A stretch of DNA of 64,000 nt from Chloroflexota bacterium (lineage in GTDB: Bacteria > Chloroflexota > Dehalococcoidia > GIF9 > UBA5629), in assembly GCA_037443085.1 (NCBI GenBank), contig JBBIPA010000002.1, positions 79,658 to 143,657 on the forward strand. The letters run 5' to 3'. Both the position numbers and the translations under genes were made by a program. Numbering within the stretch: position 1 is the stretch's first letter; each line of letters opens with the position of its first letter. The notes below the pieces were generated by a model. The model did not search any database. It was not told where the DNA came from and saw only the letters and a program-made list of their open reading frames with translations. Shown here piece by piece: positions 9,219 through 18,458 of the stretch.

Positions 9219-11039
9219 CTAGCTGAGCTTGAGCACGCTGAGGAATGCCTCCTTGGGCACCTCGACGCGGCCGATGCTCTTCAACTTGCGCTTGCCCTCT
9301 TTCTGTTTCTCCAGCAGCTTGCGCTTGCGGGTGATATCGCCGCCATAGCATTTGGCCAGCACGTCTTTGCGCTTGGCTGGTATATCCGCCCTGGCCACAA
9401 TGCGCCCGCCCACTGCCGCCTGGATGGGCACATTGAACAACTGGCGGGGAATGGCTTCCTTCAGCTTATGCACCATGGACTTGCCCACGTCCTGCACCTT
9501 GTCTGGCGGCACGATGCGGCTGAAGGCATCCACCACCACCTGGTTGACCAGCACGTCAATCTTGACCAGTTTGGCTTCGCGATAGCCCACAAACTCATAA
9601 TCCAGAGAGGCATACCCCTGGCTGCGGCTTTTCAACTGGTCGTAGAAGGTAGTCAGCATCGACCGCAGCGGAATATCATACTCAAGCTGCACACGCTGTC
9701 CCAGTTCGCTTACTGTCCTGGCGTGCCCCAGGTATTCCGTGCGTTTATACACGCCTTCATACTCCATGACCAGGTCCATCAGGGGGCCGATAAACTTCGA
9801 TGGGGTAATAATCGAGATGCTGACCCAGGGCTCTTCCAGCCTTGCGATTTCCGTGGGCTGCGGCAAATCAGAGGGATTAATCACGGTCACTGTCTGCCCA
9901 TCGGTCCTGGTCACGATATAGCTCACGCCGGGTGCCGTCACCACCAGCGCCAGATTGAACTCCCGTTCCAGGCGCTCGGAGACAATATCCAGGTGCAATA
10001 GGCCCAGGAAACCGCAGCGGAAGCCATTGCCCAGAATAGGACTGGACTCCGGCTCATAGGACAGCGAGGCGTCGTTGAGGCTCAGCTTTTCGATAGCCTC
10101 GCGGAGTTCCTGATAGTCATTGGCATCAGCCGGATAAATACCGGCGAATACCATCGGCTTGGCCGGCCGGTAGCCGATGAGCGGCTCGGTGGCGCCATTG
10201 GCAATACTGGTTACTGTATCGCCGACACGGCATTCGCCCACCGACTTCAGCCCGGTGGCAATGTAGCCCACTTCACCCGCAGCCAGACTGTCTGCAGGAT
10301 ATTGCCGTGGCGCAAAATAGCCCACCTCGATTGCTTCCAGCTCGGTGCCCTGCCCCATCAAGCGAAGCCGGCTACCCCGGGCAATCTGGCCGTCAGCGAC
10401 GCGTACATAGGCAATGACGCCCTTATACGAGTCATAGTGTGAGTCGAATATCAATGCCCGCAGCGGCAGGCTGGCATCGCCCTTAGGGGGCGGCACCCGC
10501 CTTACCAGCTCCTCGAGCAACTGCGGCACCCCCTGCCCGGTCTTGGCGCTGATGGATACCACCGTGTCCGGGCTGTAGCCGAGCACGCTCTTGATTTCGG
10601 CTAATACATGCTCCGGTTCTCTGGACGGCAGGTCGATTTTATTCAGAACAGGAAGCACTTCCAGATTATGCTCCATTGCCAGATAGACATTCGCCAGCGT
10701 CTGCGCCTGTATCCCCTGGGTGACATCTATGACCAGCAGCGCCCCTTCGCAGGCAGCGATGGTGCGGGAAACCTCATAGGAAAAGTCCACATGCCCCGGC
10801 GTATCGATGAGATTGAGCCGATAGGTCTGACCATCCTTAGCCCGGTAATGGAGCCGGATGGCCTTCGCCTTGATGGTGATGCCGCGCTCCCGCTCCAGGT
10901 CCATGCTGTCCAGCACCTGCTCGCCTATCTCCTCCCGGCTCATGGTGCCGGTTAGCTCGATAAGGCGGTCAGCCAGCGTGGACTTGCCATGGTCGATATG
11001 AGCAATGATGCAGAAATTTCTGAGCATCGACTGGTCCAT
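9219..11039 (-). CDS. lepA: elongation factor 4 (LepA)
   Basis: 606 aa; N-terminal IIAHIDHGKSTL GTPase motif; LepA C-terminal domain. Confidence 0.95.
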   Translation of the reverse strand: MDQSMLRNFCIIAHIDHGKSTLADRLIELTGTMSREEIGEQVLDSMDLERERGITIKAKAIRLHYRAKDGQTYRLNLIDTPGHVDFSYEVSRTIAACEGALLVIDVTQGIQAQTLANVYLAMEHNLEVLPVLNKIDLPSREPEHVLAEIKSVLGYSPDTVVSISAKTGQGVPQLLEELVRRVPPPKGDASLPLRALIFDSHYDSYKGVIAYVRVADGQIARGSRLRLMGQGTELEAIEVGYFAPRQYPADSLAAGEVGYIATGLKSVGECRVGDTVTSIANGATEPLIGYRPAKPMVFAGIYPADANDYQELREAIEKLSLNDASLSYEPESSPILGNGFRCGFLGLLHLDIVSERLEREFNLALVVTAPGVSYIVTRTDGQTVTVINPSDLPQPTEIARLEEPWVSISIITPSKFIGPLMDLVMEYEGVYKRTEYLGHARTVSELGQRVQLEYDIPLRSMLTTFYDQLKSRSQGYASLDYEFVGYREAKLVKIDVLVNQVVVDAFSRIVPPDKVQDVGKSMVHKLKEAIPRQLFNVPIQAAVGGRIVARADIPAKRKDVLAKCYGGDITRKRKLLEKQKEGKRKLKSIGRVEVPKEAFLSVLKLS

Positions 11040-11072
11040 AACTTCTACTCTAGCTCTCCTAAAGAAATGTAG

Positions 11073-11115
11073 GGACAGGCCTTCAGGTCTGTCCGTCCGC
11101 CATTGGCGGAAAAAA
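11073..11115. repeat. structured repeat copy 1: 9-bp stem hairpin GGACAGGCC-TTCA-GGTCTGTCC plus mini-hairpin TCCGCC-ATT-GGCGGA plus A-run
   Basis: read directly; same architecture recurs inverted at 14782-14825. Confidence 0.5.
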
Positions 11116-11136
11116 TATGAGTACTTGTATCAAACA

Positions 11137-12336
11137 TCATATAGCACGTTCCGCTGGCAGAAACCGCCAGAACACCTCATTCCCCAATAACCTGCCCCGC
11201 CTCGTCAGGCGGATATTGTCATCCACAGATTCCAGCAGCCCCAGACCGGCGAGGGCATCGACCTGTTTTCCGTACCTGCCCAGCAAATCCATGCCAAACC
11301 TGCTGCGGATGCTGCCCGGGCTAATCCCCCGGCTCAGCCTCAAGCCCAGGATAACCGCCTCAGCCAGCCGCAGCTCCGGGCTAATCTCTTCATCCCAGTC
11401 CAGGGCTGTGCGGCTGCCGCCACGAAAAGCATTCAAATATTCATCCAGGTCCGCGGTATTAGCGCAGCGGTGACCATCAATATACGAATGTGCCGCCACA
11501 CCTGCGCCGATGTAAGGCAAACCCTGCCAGTAGACCAGGTTATGCCGGCATTCGTATCCCTGTTTCGCCCAGTTCGATATCTCGTAGTGACCATAGCCGT
11601 GCGCTGCCAGCAGGTCCTCCGCCAGCTCGTAATGCTCGGCGGCGAGGTCGGGATTGAGTGATGATAGCTCCCCCCTCTCGATGGCAACGCATATCGGCTC
11701 ATCGCCCTCAAGAGTCAATGGATACAGCGAGATATGTTCAGGGGCAAGTTCAACTACCCCCTTTAGAGTTTTTTTCCAGCTAGCCAATGATTGCCCCGGC
11801 AAGCTATAAATCAAGTCTACATTGAGATTAGCAAATCCAGCATTTCGGGCAAATTGCACTGCCTCCCTTGCCTCAGCCGCACTATGAATACGACCCAGCA
11901 TAACCAACCCGGTATCATCCAGGCTCTGCATGCCCAGGCTCAGCCGGTTGATACCCAGCTTCCTGACAACAGCAAGGTACGCCTCATCCACGGTGCCGGG
12001 GTTCGCCTCGATGGTTATCTCAGCGTCCTTATCAACAGGACAGAGCGAATGGATGGTTGACATGATGTCGTTCAACTGTTCATGAGCCAGCAGGCTGGGG
12101 GTACCCCCGCCGAAGTAGACAGTGTTCAGGCAATTGCCCGCCACCCGCAGCGTCAACTCCTTCTTCAGCGCCTCGACATAGGCTGAAATGTCAGCTTCGC
12201 GACCGGCGTGCGACACAAAGGAGCAGTAGCCGCACTTTTGCCGACAGAAGGGTATATGCAGGTAAAGCGATATGCCGCCGCTCATGCTATTCCATTGCTC
12301 ATTATAGTTGCCCATTCGATTCAAAACGACCTTCAA
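11137..12336 (-). CDS. hemW: radical SAM heme chaperone HemW (HemN-like, oxygen-independent coproporphyrinogen oxidase family)
   Basis: CRQKCGYCSF radical SAM motif near N-terminus; 399 aa HemN-like C-terminal domain. Confidence 0.8.
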   Translation of the reverse strand: MKVVLNRMGNYNEQWNSMSGGISLYLHIPFCRQKCGYCSFVSHAGREADISAYVEALKKELTLRVAGNCLNTVYFGGGTPSLLAHEQLNDIMSTIHSLCPVDKDAEITIEANPGTVDEAYLAVVRKLGINRLSLGMQSLDDTGLVMLGRIHSAAEAREAVQFARNAGFANLNVDLIYSLPGQSLASWKKTLKGVVELAPEHISLYPLTLEGDEPICVAIERGELSSLNPDLAAEHYELAEDLLAAHGYGHYEISNWAKQGYECRHNLVYWQGLPYIGAGVAAHSYIDGHRCANTADLDEYLNAFRGGSRTALDWDEEISPELRLAEAVILGLRLSRGISPGSIRSRFGMDLLGRYGKQVDALAGLGLLESVDDNIRLTRRGRLLGNEVFWRFLPAERAI

Positions 12337-12458
12337 TTATAACAGAGATACCGAACAGCACTCCAAAAGTGCACCTTCGCCGTTTGCTGAGGGGAGGTTG
12401 TAATAATTTCCCCACGAAAGCAACTGCACCCGGAATAAGGTATAATGTCTAGTGGAGG

Positions 12459-12677
12459 TTGTTGATGCTCATTAAAATAGAAACCTATTTCGATGGCGAA
12501 TTTTGGTGCGCTCGTGGTATAGGGGAAGATATTTTCACCCAGGGCAAAACCCTGGATGAGTTGCACCATAACATTAAAGAAGCTATTACAGTCCACTTTG
12601 GTGACACAGTCGAGCCTATTACCATCCTCACCCTGTCTGAGGTACAACTGACAAATGCCAAAACTCCCACAGGTTAG
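12459..12677 (+). CDS. hicB: HicB-family antitoxin (small UPF0150 type)
   Basis: 72 aa; overlaps hicA-like gene by 23 nt. Confidence 0.65.
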   Translation: MLMLIKIETYFDGEFWCARGIGEDIFTQGKTLDELHHNIKEAITVHFGDTVEPITILTLSEVQLTNAKTPTG

Positions 12678-12897
12678 TGGCAACTCAGTTATCAATCTTC
12701 TTAGAACTATGGGCGACGCAGTCCTGAGACAGAAAGGCAGTCATGTCAGACTGCAAAAAGTCACCCCTCTAGGAGAGCATAATGTTACCGTTCCTATTCA
12801 TAAGGTTCTTGCCAAAGGGACATTAAACGATATTCTTAATAAAGTGAGTCTGTGGAATAATGTCAGCAAAGACGAACTTCTAAGTAAGTTACGATGA
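12655..12897 (+). CDS. hicA: HicA-family mRNA interferase toxin
   Basis: 80 aa; ...LRQKGSHVRLQK...HKVLAKGTL matches HicA dsRBD-like pattern with catalytic His. Confidence 0.7.
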   Translation: MPKLPQVSGNSVINLLRTMGDAVLRQKGSHVRLQKVTPLGEHNVTVPIHKVLAKGTLNDILNKVSLWNNVSKDELLSKLR

Positions 12898-13109
12898 TTC
12901 AACATGATGTAGAAATGCCCAGCATTAATGCCTTCTTCACCAATATGTCCGTCCCCATGCCTGTTCATCGCAAACTGTACCTGGTGTTCCGCAATAACTT
13001 CATCAAGCTGCGGAATGGACAGAGCTGCTGCGGGCATCATGGCGAGCCCGGCTGCTGACAGGTGGCCGACGAGGCTCCTGGTCAAGGAGAAATCACCGGA
13101 CAACAATAG

Positions 13110-13784
13110 ATGACCACCACGGAACTGGAAGTAAACGGCAAGACGCTGACCTGCACCATACGGTATAAGCGCATTCGTCATGCCTATTTGAGGATAAAAC
13201 CGAACTTCCACCTCGATATCAGCCTCCCCCGCAACAACAGCATTACCGCCGATAGCATCCTCAGCGAGAAACGCCGCTGGCTGGAAAAGAAGGTTAGAGA
13301 GCTATCGCGGATAAACAAAATTTTCAAAGACGGCACGGTGCTGTTCCAGGGCGACTACGTCAAGGTGGTGATGCAGATGGCGGTGCAGCCTCATGCTGAG
13401 GTGAAGCTGGATAACAGGGCTCTTACTGTCTTCGGGAAGGCGGGGCAGAAAACCGATAAGCTATTAGCCGAGTTCATCACCAGCCAGACCCTGTCATATG
13501 TGAAGCCAAAAGCGGTGGAATACGCCAGGGAGCTGGGGGTCACCTATCATAACATTGCCACCAAAGAGACCCGGAGCTGGGGCTACTGCACCCGCCAGGG
13601 CATCTTATTCTTCAACTGGCGGCTGATTTGCCTACCGCCACGCCTGGTGGACTTCATCGTGTTCCACGAGCTGCTCCACCTCAAGCACTTCAACCACTCC
13701 AAGCGCTTCAAAAACGCCATGGCACAACAGTTTACCGACTGCAAAGAGCTGGAAGCTCTATTGAAAACGTATTCGGCACATTAA
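13110..13784 (+). CDS. YgjP-like metal-dependent hydrolase (DUF45/M48-like, HExxH)
   Basis: 224 aa with FHELLHLKHFNHSKRF zinc-binding motif typical of YgjP/SprT-like hydrolases. Confidence 0.75.
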   Translation: MTTTELEVNGKTLTCTIRYKRIRHAYLRIKPNFHLDISLPRNNSITADSILSEKRRWLEKKVRELSRINKIFKDGTVLFQGDYVKVVMQMAVQPHAEVKLDNRALTVFGKAGQKTDKLLAEFITSQTLSYVKPKAVEYARELGVTYHNIATKETRSWGYCTRQGILFFNWRLICLPPRLVDFIVFHELLHLKHFNHSKRFKNAMAQQFTDCKELEALLKTYSAH

Positions 13785-13793
13785 GGTTTTATA

Positions 13794-13828
13794 CTGTGGG
13801 GGTCACCTCTGGGGAGCGTGGCTCCCAC
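13794..13828. repeat. imperfect palindrome CTGTGGGGGTCACCT...GGGAGCGTGGCTCCCACA followed by A-rich tract
   Basis: left arm shares 14/15 nt with the perfect palindrome at 14611-14641. Confidence 0.45.
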
Positions 13829-13853
13829 AAAAAATAAATAAAAAGGGGGTAAA

Positions 13854-14588
13854 ATGAAAGGGATCCCAATTTTAGTCTTGATTATTATATTGTTGGCAGT
13901 CGGGATGATTTGATCTTGTGCTTCACCTCCGACAAGTACAAGCCCGTCTTCCACAGCCCCTACACCTGAACAAATACCTGCCCCAACTCCTATCCCTCCT
14001 ACACCAGATCTACCTCCAAAACAAGCTCCTTTGCCAAAAGAAATAGAGCTAAAGTATGATGACGGTGCGGGTAATATCCTCTCTCAGACTTTTGCAACGA
14101 CTTTGGCAGTCAGAAAAAACGGATATCTTGTTGATTTCGTGCCATCAGTCAAACCTTTTACAGTAAAGAAAGTTAAACTCTATGGAACTGTCAAACTATG
14201 CCCAATTTGACCTAGGCCTGCAACTGGCCTGGAAGGTCAGTTTTTCACAGTGGAGACTTGGGATAGAGACTTAAATTCACTAAATAGTACCAGTTATCCA
14301 CTAAATAAGCTTGTCGAAAATAATCTCACCTGGATAGAATTGGAGCTCCCAAATGTGGAGGTAAACGATAAATTCTATATTCACATACGTCCTGATTTTC
14401 GTCAAGACACATTCCCTCGGGTTATATTTATTGGAACTGACGATAGTATTCCGAACGACCATTCTAATTTTTCGGATTTGCAAAGCAGTGGTAGAAAAGG
14501 AAAAATCAGCGTCTGGCCCTATGAGACTGTGGATAAAAGCAAGGTTAACTGGATGATAAGAGTTGTAGGTACTTACTTGGAACCATAG
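13854..14588 (+). pseudogene. putative lipoprotein reading frame (244 codons) interrupted by two in-frame TGA codons (13911-13913 and 14208-14210)
   Basis: ATG 13854 after AAAAGGGGG; MKGIPILVLIIILLAVGMI-TGA-SCASPPTSTSPSSTAPTPEQIP... gives signal peptide plus lipobox I-X-S-C only if TGA is read through; second TGA joins ...KLYGTVKLCPI to PRPATGLEGQFFTVETWDRD...; all three segments share one frame. Confidence 0.45.
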
Positions 14589-14614
14589 CGCCACTAACAT
14601 TATTAACTTTCTGT

Positions 14615-14641
14615 GGGAGTCACCTGCCTCAGGTGACTCCC
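14615..14641. repeat. perfect 12-bp inverted repeat GGGAGTCACCTG-CCT-CAGGTGACTCCC
   Basis: read directly; lies 27 nt after the lipoprotein ORF stop. Confidence 0.6.
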
Positions 14642-14781
14642 AATCGCTACGCGGGAGCCGAAAGGCGACCCATTCCCAACCCAACAAACCAGGAATGGTG
14701 ATGGGAATGGGTGGGGTAGTGAAGTGAAGAGATCGCCACGCCCCGATTGCATCGTGGCCCACGATGATAGTGAGGGAAGGG

Positions 14782-14825
14782 TTTTTCTCCGCCGGAGGCG
14801 GACGGGCGGACCTTCAGGTCCGCCC
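14782..14825. repeat. structured repeat copy 2, inverted: T-run, CCGCC-GGA-GGCGG mini-hairpin, GGGCGGACC-TTCA-GGTCCGCCC hairpin
   Basis: reverse-complement arrangement of the element at 11073-11115, including the CC-TTCA-GG loop. Confidence 0.5.
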
Positions 14826-15350
14826 CTACACTATCTTAGGTTTCCCGGGGCGGCAGATTTCCATGAGGATGAAGCTGTAGCCGTCACGGACAAGCTGGCC
14901 GCAGGGGATAAAGCCGCATTTCTGGAAGCATTTCTGCGCCCGGGTATTCCATTTCAGCGTCTTGAGGTAAACCCTGTTCAGCCTGGTATGTGAAAATATA
15001 TAGTCCACAACCGTCTGTATGGCATCGGCACCATAACCCTGGTCCCAGTATGCTTTGTTGCCGAGCATGATGCCCATCTCTGTCTCGCCGTTCTCCTCGT
15101 CCATATCGAAACAGCTACAGTTGCCGATATGCTTGCCGCTGAAGGTTTCGATGGCAAAATGGCAGGAGCGGCTGGTCTGAGACGGCGCCTCCGCCGCCAG
15201 CCGCAAATACTCTTCAAAGGAACTGCTAGTAGGCTGCGTGGCATCAAGACGGCACAGCTCAGTATCCTGCCGCCACTGATAATCCTCGATGGCATCGTAG
15301 AGACGCTTGGGTCGCAGCTTGACTTTATTGCCAGTAAGTATCGGCAGCAT
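14826..15350 (-). CDS. GNAT-family N-acetyltransferase (RimJ/RimL-like)
   Basis: 174 aa with acetyl-CoA binding pattern ...GYGADAIQTVVDYIF... Confidence 0.75.
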   Translation of the reverse strand: MLPILTGNKVKLRPKRLYDAIEDYQWRQDTELCRLDATQPTSSSFEEYLRLAAEAPSQTSRSCHFAIETFSGKHIGNCSCFDMDEENGETEMGIMLGNKAYWDQGYGADAIQTVVDYIFSHTRLNRVYLKTLKWNTRAQKCFQKCGFIPCGQLVRDGYSFILMEICRPGKPKIV

Positions 15351-15352
15351 GG

Positions 15353-16285
15353 TTAAGAGCCAAATGGTAATGGTTCATCGTCAAAATCAAGGTCTTTCAG
15401 TGCCGTGCGGGCTGCCTGACGGACTCGCTGCTGTGAACTTTTGGCGAGCCTGGTCAGAGCCTGCCTGGCTTCCTCACTGCCGATTTCACCCAGCCCCTTG
15501 ATGGCTACCTCCTGCACCCGGCTGTCTTTATCGGCGGCCAGTTTGATCAGGTGTGGCAATGCATCCTCGGCGCCCAGCTCACTGAGGGCATGGGCTGCCT
15601 CATAGCGTATCTCGGCATTATCGTTGTCGAGCTCCCTGACTAATAGCGACAGCCAGGACTCATTGCAATTGCGTCCCATGGCACGGAGGGCGCATAGTTT
15701 ACGCTCAGCACTTTTGCTGCGGTAGGCTGCCTTTATCAAGTCAGGTACCCGCGGCAGGTTCAGCGTGGCGATGGCCTCCAGCGCCAGGCACTGCAATTCA
15801 CCGCCTGCCGAGGTATCATCCAGCACTGCCAGCAATGCCTGGTACACCTCATTGGTCGAGGCAGTGGACAGCTTTCCTATCTCCCCGAGCAGGGCGAATT
15901 TACCCAGAGCCAGCACGGCAGCCTCTTTCACGGCAGCCGAGCTATCCTTGGCTAATAACTGGGTCAGCGGTGCAATATGGCGATAGTCCTCCTCATCGGC
16001 TAAACCGGAAATAGCCTCGGCTCTTACCTGGGCATCGAGGTCTTGAAGGCAAAAGAAAAATATCTCGCTGAAGTTCACCCGGAAGTTGGTCTGGCTGAGC
16101 TTTACCAGTTGCATAATAACCTGCCGCCGGCGCTCTGTCATAGTTCTCGCCCAGGACTGTTTCATGAAGTCGAGGTCACTCTCATTGAGGTTGGACAGGT
16201 GAATCAGCTTAGACGGCACCAGCAGCTCGTTGGGGTCGAGGGTGGCGGCAATATACTTCTTATTGGAAGCGGCTTCCTGCCTCAC
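15353..16285 (-). CDS. HEAT-repeat (PBS lyase-like) protein
   Basis: tandem ~30 aa repeats with ...VRxxAAxALGxIG... pattern. Confidence 0.7.
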   Translation of the reverse strand: MRQEAASNKKYIAATLDPNELLVPSKLIHLSNLNESDLDFMKQSWARTMTERRRQVIMQLVKLSQTNFRVNFSEIFFFCLQDLDAQVRAEAISGLADEEDYRHIAPLTQLLAKDSSAAVKEAAVLALGKFALLGEIGKLSTASTNEVYQALLAVLDDTSAGGELQCLALEAIATLNLPRVPDLIKAAYRSKSAERKLCALRAMGRNCNESWLSLLVRELDNDNAEIRYEAAHALSELGAEDALPHLIKLAADKDSRVQEVAIKGLGEIGSEEARQALTRLAKSSQQRVRQAARTALKDLDFDDEPLPFGS

Positions 16286-17134
16286 CTAGTTCTCCTTGTG
16301 TTCCTCTTCGTCGTCCTCTTCATCTTCCTCCTCTTCTTCTTCGTACTCCTCCACATCTTCCGGCGGCCATACCGGCTTGGTATAGCTGGTGATGAACTCC
16401 TCCATGGCTTCAGCAGCTAATTTCTTCATCTCTTCATCCGTCTGTTTGGCCACCACCGCCAGCTCCGCCAGGTCGATATCGATGTCGAGTATCTTCACCA
16501 TGACGCCCAGGATAGCCAGCGCCGCTTTGGGATTGGGTATGCGCGTGGTATACATGGGTACCTCGCCTAGCAGGCAGATGCCATCCATCTCCCGCTCCTT
16601 GGCTACTCCCAGGAACAAGCCGTTGAGGCCGGCAATCTGAATGTCTCCGCGGAGCACCACGTCATATTTCTTTAGCTCGTCAACCAGATTCTGATTGGTC
16701 GCCGCCGCCCAGACACGGGGCATTTCAGTGTGATGAATCTTGGCAATGGCGGCGGCGCAGGTGTATACCCGCTTAATGCGGAGCTTTTTACCCATGTCCA
16801 GAACGCAGTTCGCCAGCTCATAGCCCTTGGTACCGGGCTGTTCATCGCTGATAAACAGCAGCAACCCCCGGTCCGATTTGGGATTGTGCCAGTAATAGAA
16901 TTTGCTTTCGGGAAACTGGGGAGCTTCGACGATGTTGTTCTTGACCATGACGCCAATGGGATTGTAGAACTCAAAGGGCTCGATAGTGCCGACCTCTTCA
17001 GCCTTCAGCTTATCCTTCAGATACCGAGCCAGTATCAGCGACACATTGCCGATGCCGGGCCATGAGGCAAACAGGTCGTAATCCTTTGACTTCAACTCCT
17101 TGGAGAGCCTGATGGCATTCTTCATGGTATTCAT
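16286..17134 (-). CDS. PAC2-family protein (archaeal PbaA/proteasome-assembly-chaperone-like) with poly-acidic C-terminal tail
   Basis: WPGIGNVSLILARYLKDKLKAEEVGTIE matches PAC2 N-terminal signature; C-terminus EDVEEYEEEEEEDEEDDEEEHKEN; no HbYX motif. Confidence 0.65.
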   Translation of the reverse strand: MNTMKNAIRLSKELKSKDYDLFASWPGIGNVSLILARYLKDKLKAEEVGTIEPFEFYNPIGVMVKNNIVEAPQFPESKFYYWHNPKSDRGLLLFISDEQPGTKGYELANCVLDMGKKLRIKRVYTCAAAIAKIHHTEMPRVWAAATNQNLVDELKKYDVVLRGDIQIAGLNGLFLGVAKEREMDGICLLGEVPMYTTRIPNPKAALAILGVMVKILDIDIDLAELAVVAKQTDEEMKKLAAEAMEEFITSYTKPVWPPEDVEEYEEEEEEDEEDDEEEHKEN

Positions 17135-17156
17135 GGTGATTGAAGCCAGCCTCTCA

Positions 17157-18458
17157 TTACTCTTTAGTCGCTACCGCTAGATTGGCACAGTAGATGCTGG
17201 GGGTCTTCAAGAACCCTTCCACCCATCTCACGTCGCTGCCGATGGTTTCAACCTGCTTCAGTACCTGGTATACATTACCAGAAACCATGGTATCTTTCAC
17301 CCTGCCGACTATCTCCCCGTTCTCAATCTTGTAGCCGAGCAGGACATTGCCGCTGAAGTCGCCGTTTAAGACATTGCCCTGAGTGGCGCCGATAAGTTGC
17401 TCCACCACCAACCCCAGCTTGATATCCGCCACCATGTCAGAGAAAGAGGTGTCATCTTCCTTAATAATCAGCGAATTGGTGGATGGTGACGGCAAACCGC
17501 CGTTGCGGCTGCCATTGCCAGTGCTCCTGGCATTGGCCAGCCCGGCAGTTTGCAGGTCATAGAGAAATTGCGACACCACGCCCTGTTCGATGAGCGGCGT
17601 CCGTTGCCCTGGCACTCCCTCGTCATCGCAGGGACAACTGGCTACCTGATAGGGCAGGGTGGCATCATCATACAGGGAAAGCCTGTTATCAAAAACCAGC
17701 GTTCCCAGTTTATCCTTCAATGGTGAAGCCCCCATAAACACTATCTTACCATTAAATGCCATCATCAGGGGACTGATTAAGGCGCTGGCCACGCCGCTGG
17801 GCTTGAAAATCACCGGCATGGGCTGGGTGGCTAAACGGACTTTCTTCTTGGCCAGCTCCAGTTGCAGGGTTACTTCGTCAGCCAGCTCTTTGCTATCCAG
17901 CAGCGGATGGCATGAGCTCTGGCTATTGCCAACAAAGAGCATATCGCTATCCTGTACCAGAATGCCTTCGATGCCCATGGAGAAAAAGCTTTTTTCGTAG
18001 CCGGCTTCGCCGCCCCGGGAGTTGATGATGCGCACTGAGGCCACGCCTTTGCCCACCGAAGCTTCGCATAAAATCTCCGGGGAATGATCCCTTACCGTGG
18101 CGATAAGCTGCTCGCCGAGCTGCACCATGGCATCTATAGGCACCTGCTCTACCTGCGGGTCATAGATGGCTACCTCGGGATAGGATTGTGCAGCGGGGAA
18201 ATCGAATTTAGCTACAGCACCGAAGCGGCACGTCTCCAGCGCCATGGTGACCAGCGCCTCGGGGTCAACCGGACCAGCCACCTGGGCGAAGCCCACTCTG
18301 CCATCCTTGATAAGCCGCAAGGCGGTGGTAGTGCTCTCCTTGGTCAGTATCTGTTTCAACTGGTTAGCTTCAAACTTGACCGGCGTCCTGCGGGAAGTAA
18401 CCTGAAACACCTCGGCCTGTTCAGCTACCTTTTTAGCTCTGGCCAGTATCTGTTCCAT
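17157..18458 (-). CDS. pmbA: TldE/PmbA metalloprotease subunit
   Basis: 433 aa TldD/PmbA family; adjacent to tldD. Confidence 0.85.
   Translation of the reverse strand: MEQILARAKKVAEQAEVFQVTSRRTPVKFEANQLKQILTKESTTTALRLIKDGRVGFAQVAGPVDPEALVTMALETCRFGAVAKFDFPAAQSYPEVAIYDPQVEQVPIDAMVQLGEQLIATVRDHSPEILCEASVGKGVASVRIINSRGGEAGYEKSFFSMGIEGILVQDSDMLFVGNSQSSCHPLLDSKELADEVTLQLELAKKKVRLATQPMPVIFKPSGVASALISPLMMAFNGKIVFMGASPLKDKLGTLVFDNRLSLYDDATLPYQVASCPCDDEGVPGQRTPLIEQGVVSQFLYDLQTAGLANARSTGNGSRNGGLPSPSTNSLIIKEDDTSFSDMVADIKLGLVVEQLIGATQGNVLNGDFSGNVLLGYKIENGEIVGRVKDTMVSGNVYQVLKQVETIGSDVRWVEGFLKTPSIYCANLAVATKE

Noticed and set aside
9468-10001. 177-aa His/Gln-rich ORF antisense to lepA
   Set aside because: Antisense to a highly conserved gene and compositionally abnormal.
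12798-13211. 137-aa minus-strand ORF spanning the hicA/YgjP junction
   Set aside because: It overlaps two better-supported plus-strand genes. The segment 12898-13110 may be a gene remnant, but no family could be assigned.
13854-14588. Idea that this organism reassigns TGA (code 4 or 25), or that the lipoprotein contains selenocysteine
   Set aside because: TGA terminates pabB at the ATGA overlap (7079-7081). Long genes elsewhere are intact under the standard code. No SECIS-like context or Sec-typical protein family is present.
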